The notes beneath the pieces are model-generated. The model worked only from the letters and a program-made list of their open reading frames with translations. It was not told where the DNA came from and did not search any database. Below are positions 1 through 7,630 of a DNA stretch of 46,717 bases, piece after piece. A program made the translations under genes and the position numbers. Origin of the DNA: Gammaproteobacteria bacterium (GTDB taxonomy: Bacteria > Pseudomonadota > Gammaproteobacteria > JAUHZG01); contig JAUHZG010000002.1 in NCBI GenBank assembly GCA_030425845.1, positions 1 through 46,717 of the forward strand. The letters are read 5' to 3'. Numbering within the stretch: position 1 is the first letter of the stretch; each line of letters begins with the position of its first letter.

Positions 1-1106
1 ACTTCTTTCATCACTAAATTACTCGCAAAGTCATGACGTAAATCATGCCATCGCAAGTTTTCTATTTCAGCGTCAAGCAAGCACTTCGTCCACGCTTTCT
101 TAACAGAGCTAATCGGCTTAGCTGGATTGTTAGGACTAGGAAAAAGGTAGCGACTTTGTAACTTTTCTGTTTGCCGCATCCATTTTTTTAACATAGTTGT
201 TGCGCTATCGTTTAGCGGTACATATCTTGCCAGATAATTTTTGGACTTTTCAACGAACAGTGTTCTTTGCTTAAGGTTAATATGCTTTCGTTCCAGACGC
301 AGTAGCTCGCCTTTGCGGATCCCTGTGTTCAGCGCCAATATGACCATTGGCATCAAGTGATCAGCAAAATCACTTGCTTTGATTTCAGGATAAACTTCAT
401 ATCCGCGAGAAACCCGCCAGTCATTCGCACTTTTGCGTTGCGCTTTTATTTTTGTCTCACGAACTCTTAACTGCTCCAATAACCGGCGCTTTTCGTCCTC
501 CTCTAAGTAACGCACTCGCGTATCATCGAACTTCAATACTTTCAAACCAGCGAGTCCATGCTCTTTAATGATCCCCCATTCCACCGCTTTGGTTATTGCT
601 GAACGTAGAGGTGTCACCGTGCGGTTAATGGTATTTATCTTCATTGATTTTGATTCAAGTTTCTTCGTACGCCACTTATCGATGTCTTGCGCTTTGATCT
701 GGTCGAGAGGGACATCGAGCAAATGCTTAAAATGACGCAAAATTGTTTTTATCGCCTCTTCACCAGAGATATTGTGAGACTTCACCCATGGCGCGTAATC
801 ACTGTTTAAAAAACTCGCAAGGCTAGGTGTGCCTTTTTTCGCACGCTCGGCTTGTTTAGGATCCATGCCATTCGCATAGTCAGCTAACACCTTTACCGCC
901 TTCTCACGAGCCTCTGCGGGTGTCAGCACACCTACTCGACCGAGGTTGACCCGTTTGCCCCTAGCATACTGAACCACATAGCTCATGTTGCCAGAAGGCT
1001 GCACGCGTACCATAAACCCCTTAAGCTTGGCATCACGCATATCGTATTCTTTCTCACGCGGCTTAAGCCTTGCTAACAAAGTATTTGTAATTGAGTCTGT
1101 CGCCAT
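1..1106 (-). CDS. int: Tyrosine recombinase / P4-type phage integrase; C-terminus lies outside the window
   Basis: Minus-strand translation from the ATG at 1106 gives MATDSITNTLLARLKPREKEYDMRDAKLKGFMVRVQPSGNMSYVVQYARGKRVNLGRVG..., a P4-integrase-type N-terminal region. Later come ...ALNTGIRKGELLRL (box I Arg) and ...LRWHDLRHDFAS (box II HxxR). The frame stays open to position 1, so there is no stop in the window and it is absent from the ORF track. The catalytic Tyr is not visible. Confidence 0.85.
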   Translation of the reverse strand, partial: MATDSITNTLLARLKPREKEYDMRDAKLKGFMVRVQPSGNMSYVVQYARGKRVNLGRVGVLTPAEAREKAVKVLADYANGMDPKQAERAKKGTPSLASFLNSDYAPWVKSHNISGEEAIKTILRHFKHLLDVPLDQIKAQDIDKWRTKKLESKSMKINTINRTVTPLRSAITKAVEWGIIKEHGLAGLKVLKFDDTRVRYLEEDEKRRLLEQLRVRETKIKAQRKSANDWRVSRGYEVYPEIKASDFADHLMPMVILALNTGIRKGELLRLERKHINLKQRTLFVEKSKNYLARYVPLNDSATTMLKKWMRQTEKLQSRYLFPSPNNPAKPISSVKKAWTKCLLDAEIENLRWHDLRHDFASNLVMKE

Positions 1107-1291
1107 CGATTTACCCGCCTTTAACATGATCTTTCAGAGTGCACACAGAGTGCATTTCGATTAAAACATCATACAAAATCGTGCAAATAGTGACAACAAG
1201 ATGGGGCGACAGGAAAGCGCAAATCGAGCCCCTTCTCGGAGCTAACCTGCTGAATAAAAAGAAAAAAACTTTAAAAACAGGGGGGATAAAT

Positions 1292-1366
1292 TGGTAGGCA
1301 CGATTGGTTTCGAACCAACGACCCCCACCATGTCAAGGTGATGCTCTACCACTGAGCTACGTGCCT
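1292..1366 (-). tRNA. tRNA-Val (anticodon GAC), CCA encoded
   Basis: Reverse complement is AGGCACGTAGCTCAGTGGTAGAGCATCACCTTGACATGGTGGGGGTCGTTGGTTCGAAACCAATCGTGCCTACCA. It has acceptor stem AGGCACG/CGTGCCT, D arm GCTC/GAGC, and anticodon stem TCACC/GGTGG with loop TTGACAT. The T arm is GTTGG/CCAAT with loop TTCGAAA. It is near-identical in its core to enterobacterial tRNA-Val(GAC) as I recall it. Confidence 0.9.
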
Positions 1367-1562
1367 ACGAAGGAATGGCAAGATACCACTGAGCGCTTCC
1401 TAGCGCAAGAATGATCCGTATAAAATTCGGTTAAACCTTTGCCTAATCAAGCCCTAATGATATACTGCGGAGCATCGTGTGTAGCTTATTCTTGTGATAG
1501 CGTAAACCTTGCGTCTAAGCTACCCTCTCGCTTAAATTGGGCAATTAACATCGCGGGGCGCC

Positions 1563-3821
1563 ATGATCGATCTAGAAAGTCTACAGCAGCTTAATTCCAC
1601 TCTTGAAGAGAAGTTGACTGGCAAGCCTGCTGAGAAACTGCGAAGCTTACTCGGTCTCAGTACTAGCGCCCTGGTACATACACGGGCACCTAGTGCCGAA
1701 CTCGCCCTCCCTGTTTTAGAGGATGATTACGGTGATGATGCTGAGGCTATCCCCGATGGAGCTGAGCGAGAACTGACGCCTGAGCAAGTAGAAAGACTTA
1801 TGGCAACAGTCAACGCACTCAATACTCTTCAATGCCATTTTATTAAAGTTGCTCATAGCGCTTATTCAGAGTTCGCAAATCAACTTAGAGGTCCTACTCT
1901 CGACAGCTCCCCTTTAGAGCTTCACTTTACGCCTCACTATACCTTAACTTCTCGTATTCAGTTACAAATTATGGCGATTAAGCGTGTCCTCCCTAAGAAT
2001 GAAAAAGACGAATTACCGCACAAACTCACGGCTCCTTTCAAGATAAACGAAAAGCTACATGTCTTATGTCGACTAACCACACACCTATTGAAAATGAACC
2101 CAGCACGCCGCCATGAAGACTCCCCCCATGACTGGCAAGATTTCTCTCGTCTCTTACATCAAGCTTATGATAAAAGAAACAAAAAAGAGCTTGGTGAGAA
2201 ACTAACTCAGAGATTCAAGTCAATGGCCGAAGATATTGTTGAGACAGCAACAGCCCTTCTCTGCGAAAGGTTTTCAAATATATCATTAACAGAAAACTTC
2301 CTAGATGACTTGAAGAAAAGTGATGTTCCATTACACCTTATTTTCATTAGTGGAATTGTACAGTTACCCGCAAAGCTTATCCCGCTAGCACTACGATTCT
2401 TTATCGCACTAACTCACTCAACTCATAAAAACGGAAATACCGGCCTGTATTTTTGTTTATTGCTAGTTGTACATAGCTTTAAATATCTAGGGGGTAAACT
2501 AAGCGAGTTTGAAAAAATACCCGGAGCAAGTAGCCTATTAGACACACCTCATCCCAGAGAGTTGCTTTCAGACGCTGATCTACGTGTAAGAAGGGCTACT
2601 GTCCTTTCACTTAGTCGTGAAAGTTTATCATCTCTTAGCGCTCCTGCAGAAGCTTCTCGCAATCAAGAAGAGGCAAAGCCAGACCCGGCTGGAGAGGAAA
2701 CAGAAGCACAGTTACTACAAAGCCAGCAAGGTGTACAAGCCCTACTAGATCGCGCTGTCCAACAACACGCAGAAGGCGAACCTGTTATGCCTGAAGGTAT
2801 AGTTCCACCAGTCCCTCCTCTACAATTAGTCAATATGATAGTAGGTCCAGGCGTTGCTGCCGTCGAAACAGCACTCGATACCATCAGAGAAATTCTGCGC
2901 GAGTCCCTAACGCCAGTTGAGAGACAAGATAACCCACCCGTTGTCAAAGCCGCTCTTCATATCATCCCGCTTATCCTTGAGCAGTGTAAAGACTTAAATC
3001 GCACCTTAAGTGGTAACGAAGATCGGAAAACAGCGTTGCTCGCGGCGCTAAGAGGCGAGTTGGACGAGGCGCGATTCAGTGCCTTTGAGTCACTGGAAGA
3101 ATCTGATCGATACCGCGCTCTGATATATCATGGCGTTCGAAGAGATGGCCTCAGTGATGCGGGTAGAGCCACAATCCCTGCCAATGTTATCCCTCCCGCA
3201 CAGGCACCAGGTTTGTTTGATCTGATTGTGACTACGCTGTGTAACAAACCTAGCCTCTCTCTTACTCTGCCTCGTATTAGTGAAACCTGCACAGGCTGGT
3301 TACAGTATGCGACCACTTTAGACAATGAAGATTTGGCACTCCGATCGTCTTTACCAAGAGTATCACGACAGCATTTGTGCAACATTGTGGGACTAAGTCA
3401 GTATCCTAAGTTTGATATGAATGCTTTTATTCGAGAATCTGTGCTACTGATAAAATTATTTGGGCTCGCCGTATTAGAGGATCCCGACAGGCATGTAACA
3501 TTACGAGAGCTATATACTGAGGGATGGCAGCTAGATAATAGTATCCTGATCCGTACAAGAGATGACATGACACAAGCAGCCAGAGATCCCTCCGCATCAA
3601 AAACAGACGCAAGTCTGGCATGCAGACTGGGCCTCACTCAAAAGAAAGTTCGCGAACAATATCGTGAATCCGAGGGAGGTAAAGCAGGGTTGTTTGATCG
3701 AGTTGCTGATTATGCCCCCGTTAGAATGTTTGCTAACCCTGTGGCTAATCCGCTACTTGTTGGAGATCAACAAGCAGCCAGGCGTAAGCACTTCCCCAAT
3801 ACATCATTAAACAACACTTAA
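1563..3821 (+). CDS. Large hypothetical protein (752 aa), no recognisable domain; effector candidate
   Basis: Uninterrupted 752-codon ORF. The only antisense ORFs over it are short. There is a bipartite hydrophobic stretch at about residues 256-309 (LHLIFISGIVQLPAKLIPLALRFFIAL...GLYFCLLLVVHSF). I recognise no catalytic motif. Confidence 0.6.
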   Translation: MIDLESLQQLNSTLEEKLTGKPAEKLRSLLGLSTSALVHTRAPSAELALPVLEDDYGDDAEAIPDGAERELTPEQVERLMATVNALNTLQCHFIKVAHSAYSEFANQLRGPTLDSSPLELHFTPHYTLTSRIQLQIMAIKRVLPKNEKDELPHKLTAPFKINEKLHVLCRLTTHLLKMNPARRHEDSPHDWQDFSRLLHQAYDKRNKKELGEKLTQRFKSMAEDIVETATALLCERFSNISLTENFLDDLKKSDVPLHLIFISGIVQLPAKLIPLALRFFIALTHSTHKNGNTGLYFCLLLVVHSFKYLGGKLSEFEKIPGASSLLDTPHPRELLSDADLRVRRATVLSLSRESLSSLSAPAEASRNQEEAKPDPAGEETEAQLLQSQQGVQALLDRAVQQHAEGEPVMPEGIVPPVPPLQLVNMIVGPGVAAVETALDTIREILRESLTPVERQDNPPVVKAALHIIPLILEQCKDLNRTLSGNEDRKTALLAALRGELDEARFSAFESLEESDRYRALIYHGVRRDGLSDAGRATIPANVIPPAQAPGLFDLIVTTLCNKPSLSLTLPRISETCTGWLQYATTLDNEDLALRSSLPRVSRQHLCNIVGLSQYPKFDMNAFIRESVLLIKLFGLAVLEDPDRHVTLRELYTEGWQLDNSILIRTRDDMTQAARDPSASKTDASLACRLGLTQKKVREQYRESEGGKAGLFDRVADYAPVRMFANPVANPLLVGDQQAARRKHFPNTSLNNT

Positions 3822-3973
3822 AAAAGCACTTAATTCATAAAAGACTAAGAGAACGCCACACTCTCTGAGATACTCCACCACAGCAAGCGTTAGCAACAGA
3901 TCCTAGTGAATGTTGTTGGGCGCAGAGACGGATAGTCTCTAAAGGCATCAACCAAGGCTTTTAGCAATATCTC

Positions 3974-4837
3974 TTACCTGAGGCGGTTGTAGTCACCGAC
4001 GACTGTCACAGGTCTATTATATGCTGAGTCACGGTCTAGACCTTTGCCCGCACCAGGAGTAGCGCCCGTACTTGAACGAGGAGCAGACACTCCGAGGAAG
4101 CTGAATGCAGCTGCTAAGCTAGTTTCAAAGTGACTCTTCAAACCTGTAACGTATGCCGGGCTATATGGGCCACAATTCTCGCAACCACCTGGACATACGA
4201 CATGCTCTACTGAATCCACTAGTTTAGCATCAGCACCTGCGGCGTCGACAACATGATACGAACGTTGAGCATCCCCCGGTTGTAATACAGAGCCGACCTT
4301 GCCCTTTTGCATCATCTGCACCATCAGTCCTGACATCGCATCAGATTTGCCAAAACCACTGTCAGACAACTGTGTGCGAAGTTCTTGATTGAAAGCCAAA
4401 GTGTTGGCATCTCCAGCCAAACTTTGCAGGGTGTCAGTTGTGGGATAAAGCATTAAGCGCTTGAGGGAAGAGAGTTGTTCTTCACCGAGCAAAGCTTGAG
4501 CTCTTTCCTGATGAGTGGTCAAGTAAGTCCACACAGCAGCACGGACTTTGTTGAGTTTACCCGGGTTGGCAGCGATAAAACGTCCCACTTCGCCGGCCTC
4601 TTCACAGTTAGACATAACGTAAGTCGCCAAGGCTGTCTGAGTGTCTGATTGCTCAGGTGATGCAGACGCCAACAACACGTCTCGAACGATACTGGCAATC
4701 TCAAGTGCCGTGGGCGTTCCGTGCCAACAGTCCGCAGAAAACAATTGATTAAAGAAAAGTTCTGGCTTGGCAACGGACTGAGCGGCTAATTCGACTGCTG
4801 ATAACTCTGGATGCGTGTTCGATGTGAATGTGGCCAT
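3974..4837 (-). CDS. Hypothetical protein (287 aa)
   Basis: This is the track ORF 3974..4861. I prefer the ATG at 4837 (MATFTSN...) because GGGAGAGA lies just upstream and the sigma70-like promoter at 4873..4901 would put the track's TTG start in the leader. Motifs Q-x5-CW (NQLFSADCWHG) and YHVVDAAG are noted in the findings. Confidence 0.55.
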   Translation of the reverse strand: MATFTSNTHPELSAVELAAQSVAKPELFFNQLFSADCWHGTPTALEIASIVRDVLLASASPEQSDTQTALATYVMSNCEEAGEVGRFIAANPGKLNKVRAAVWTYLTTHQERAQALLGEEQLSSLKRLMLYPTTDTLQSLAGDANTLAFNQELRTQLSDSGFGKSDAMSGLMVQMMQKGKVGSVLQPGDAQRSYHVVDAAGADAKLVDSVEHVVCPGGCENCGPYSPAYVTGLKSHFETSLAAAFSFLGVSAPRSSTGATPGAGKGLDRDSAYNRPVTVVGDYNRLR

Positions 4838-4872
4838 GACGTCTCTCCCTGTGGGCTCCAATTTCTGGTGTC

Positions 4873-4901
4873 AGTCTACGCGCATTTTCTAACCAATTCA
4901 A
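4873..4901 (-). promoter_or_regulatory. Sigma70-like promoter for the 287-aa gene
   Basis: The minus strand reads TTGAAT (4901..4896), a 17-nt spacer, then TAGACT (4878..4873). This lies about 35 nt upstream of the ATG at 4837. Confidence 0.4.
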
Positions 4902-5011
4902 GGGTGGAAAGTGATGAGACCATGCGTTGTAACGTTTTGTTTTATGGACTGCGAGGACATCAAGCCAGAGGATGGTAGCAGTAAGTCAAGCCGCGGAGCG
5001 TAGCATAAAGT

Positions 5012-6496
5012 TCAAGCCGCCACGCGTCGTACTACCCGTTTACCCGCCAACTTATTGAAGAACCGTCGCCAAGGCATAGCGCCACGCGACATTAGTTGAC
5101 GCTGTTCGCTCATCCTCTTCAAGTCGTAACTCGCTTGTGCCAGACGCTCATCCAAGGGCCCAGTGGCACGCTCATAGACGGTTGGGATCAACGTTGCCTC
5201 TAACTCAATAGAGCTTCCTTCCATGGAAAGATAACGCGTCCAATACATTTGGTAAACACTGAGCAAGGCATGTGCCTCTTCTCCCGTTTGCATCTCCAGA
5301 GCAAAACGCGAGAGTTTGGTTTGCTTGCGCAGCTTGTTGTAAAGTGCCGGATAACGCTTGGGATAAAACGCTCGATAAACGCGAGCAATACATTGCTCGA
5401 TAGTCGGCCGCTCTACAGGATTAGTCGATTGCATCACACTGGCTAAACGCTTTAAGCGTAACAGCGTCTGTCTCTGACGCGCGCTCAATTTTGCCTGCCC
5501 GACTTGCACTCGTTCAAATAACTTTTGCATGACTTTACCCAACGAGTAAATATCCGATTTCATGCTAGTATGATAATAGCCTCTAGCGTCACAAGAAATA
5601 CTTTCCGGTGCACAGTAGTGGCTGATTAAGTTGTTTGCGCTCACTAAGATTTCAGACTCCCCTTCACTCAGTAAACGCGCCAAAGTAAAGTCCGACAACG
5701 CCGCTGTCATCGCTTTATCGTCAGTAATGATAATATTGTCCGGCTTGATTTCACGATGCACAAAACCTCTGTCATGTAACGCTTTCACGCCATCAAACAA
5801 ATCGCCAAGCAACGACTGACATTGCATCAACGATAAGTATGGGATCTCTGATTGCTTGCGATCAAAGTCAAAAAACTCTCGCATCGTTTTATGCGATAAG
5901 TTGGGGTTTTTGATCATAACTAATTCGCGTGCAGTCAGGCGAGCTAAGCTTTCATCCTGATAACTCACGCGCTCAACACTCTGTGCAATACTTTTTTGAT
6001 GTGTGATAAACAACTCATCTTGTAAATCTTGCAATGACTCGCGCGCTTTCGCACTAGCGGGCTCTGAAAACTGCATCATGACATCGCAAGCTAAGGCTTG
6101 CATTGACAGATCACAAATTTTAAAGCGACATCCGCTGTCGCGATCCAATTGGATCGTTCCTTGAAATTCACGTACGCGCAGCGCTTGGGCGACATAATTA
6201 AACCCATGGTGATGTGGCGGCTCTAGTAACCATAGATCGCCTTGGCTGTCTTGAAATAGTGAAAAAGGTAAGGCTTTCCCTTGGCCTTTAGCGACAGCTG
6301 ACTGCGTTCTTGCTTGATGAAAAGTGATAGCCCCTGTTGTGTCTATTTGATAGGTGACACGCCGGCAATCTAACAAACGACGACAACCATACTGCCAGGA
6401 CAGCGTTCTTTTTTGCTTGCGCAAATGATCGATAGCCGCACGGATTAACCCTTTATGCCGTAATAACTCTGTATATCGAAATGGTGTTTTATGCAT
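5012..6496 (-). CDS. Eukaryotic-like (Hanks-type) Ser/Thr protein kinase
   Basis: Catalytic loop VHREIKPDNIII (HRDxKPxN type), LSDFTLAR (DFG-like), YCAPES (APE) and SDIYSLGKV (subdomain IX). I see no clean GxGxxG loop. The start is placed at the ATG at 6496 (MHKTPF...), preceded by GGAAGGTGGA; the track's start at 6508 is a GTG. Confidence 0.75.
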   Translation of the reverse strand: MHKTPFRYTELLRHKGLIRAAIDHLRKQKRTLSWQYGCRRLLDCRRVTYQIDTTGAITFHQARTQSAVAKGQGKALPFSLFQDSQGDLWLLEPPHHHGFNYVAQALRVREFQGTIQLDRDSGCRFKICDLSMQALACDVMMQFSEPASAKARESLQDLQDELFITHQKSIAQSVERVSYQDESLARLTARELVMIKNPNLSHKTMREFFDFDRKQSEIPYLSLMQCQSLLGDLFDGVKALHDRGFVHREIKPDNIIITDDKAMTAALSDFTLARLLSEGESEILVSANNLISHYCAPESISCDARGYYHTSMKSDIYSLGKVMQKLFERVQVGQAKLSARQRQTLLRLKRLASVMQSTNPVERPTIEQCIARVYRAFYPKRYPALYNKLRKQTKLSRFALEMQTGEEAHALLSVYQMYWTRYLSMEGSSIELEATLIPTVYERATGPLDERLAQASYDLKRMSEQRQLMSRGAMPWRRFFNKLAGKRVVRRVAA

Positions 6497-6702
6497 GACC
6501 CTATCCACCTTCCCTGTTGTTTTTGTTTTGGTGTGACATTTCTAACACGCACTTCGCGGTGCTGTTATCGCTTAATTTATGGATGGCAAAAAACAGTACT
6601 GGCAAGAAATGAAAAAAACACACGAGAACTTGTGATAAATTCACCTCGAGCTACAAGGTATTGCAATGGAGTGATCACGTTTTATTTGCGTAAAGTGGTA
6701 AA

Positions 6703-7539
6703 TTATTTTCCGATTGCCCATTGGTACAAGGCATTTTTATTCACACCCGCTATCGCGGCAGCACAACTTACCGCGTCTTTTGTTCGCAGATGATCGGCGA
6801 GTACCGAATATGCCTTACGGGCAAGGGCCTCTTGCTCGCTTTGCTGCTGCATTTGATCAGCGGCAATCAAAACCACAAACTCACCTTTTTGTTGATTAGG
6901 ATCGGCGTTAACAACCTCCTCCAGTTCAGCAAGCGATCCGGATAAAAGTGTTTCGTACGTTTTGGTTAACTCTCTTGCGATTAGCGCTTGTCTTTGCGCG
7001 CCAAACACTTCCCTCATTGCACTTAGGCAATCACAGATCCGATGGGGCGCTTCGTAAAAAATAAGCGTCTCTTGTGAGTGCACTAACGCTTGCAACCGTT
7101 TCTCACGAGCACCGGCTTTGGCTGGCAAAAACCCTTGGAATGAAAATTTATCCGTCGCAAACCCCGACACGGATAAAGCCGCAACTGCCGCACAGGGTCC
7201 TGGGATAGGACTCACAGTGAGGCCCGCTTCACGCGTCGCGCGCACCAAGTGGTAACCCGGATCGCTAATAAGCGGTGTCCCGGCGTCGCTAATTAAGGCG
7301 ACGGTTTTACCTGCTTGCATCTGCTCAATAAATTTCTCCACCACTAGCTGTTCATTATGATCATGCAGCGGCTGCATGGGTGTGTTTATTTCATAGGCAC
7401 GTAACAGCTTGGCGCTGTGGCGCGTATCCTCCACAGCAATAATATCCACATTCGCCAGGACATCTAGGGCACGCTGGCCAATATCGGCCAGGTTTCCAAT
7501 TGGGGTTGCCACCACGGTGAGGTTTGCGCTAGTGTACAC
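6703..7539 (-). CDS. rsmI: 16S rRNA (cytidine1402-2'-O)-methyltransferase
   Basis: N-terminus LTVVATPIGNLADIGQRALDVLANVDIIAVEDTRHSAKLL is typical of RsmI/YraL (tetrapyrrole-methylase fold). It is divergent from lpoA, as in E. coli. Confidence 0.9.
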   Translation of the reverse strand: MYTSANLTVVATPIGNLADIGQRALDVLANVDIIAVEDTRHSAKLLRAYEINTPMQPLHDHNEQLVVEKFIEQMQAGKTVALISDAGTPLISDPGYHLVRATREAGLTVSPIPGPCAAVAALSVSGFATDKFSFQGFLPAKAGAREKRLQALVHSQETLIFYEAPHRICDCLSAMREVFGAQRQALIARELTKTYETLLSGSLAELEEVVNADPNQQKGEFVVLIAADQMQQQSEQEALARKAYSVLADHLRTKDAVSCAAAIAGVNKNALYQWAIGK

Positions 7540-7630
7540 GGGTTATCTCCAGAATAATCAAGGGGCTAGGCCATTATGAGCTATGGCACAAAACTTGATT
7601 AGTATACTTTATATAGATAGGTATTACATT

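Noticed and set aside
1431-1466. Phased TTAAA/CTAAT/CTAAT motifs followed by TATACT upstream of the 752-aa gene, considered as a third PmrA-type box
   Set aside because: The repeats are degenerate (CTAAT rather than TTAAT). The distance to the -10-like hexamer does not reproduce the 15-bp geometry shared by the two good sites.
2663-3637. Track ORFs 2663..2947, 3128..3385, 3398..3637 and 3427..3621 on the minus strand
   Set aside because: All lie antisense inside the uninterrupted 752-codon ORF, have no SD-like sequences and encode low-complexity products. They are most likely chance antisense frames.
6681-6695. GTAAAGTGGTAAA considered as a CpxR-like GTAAA direct repeat upstream of the kinase gene
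   Set aside because: The spacing (8 bp between repeat starts) does not match the roughly one-turn spacing expected. The site lies at the very 3' end of rsmI, about 190 nt from the kinase start.
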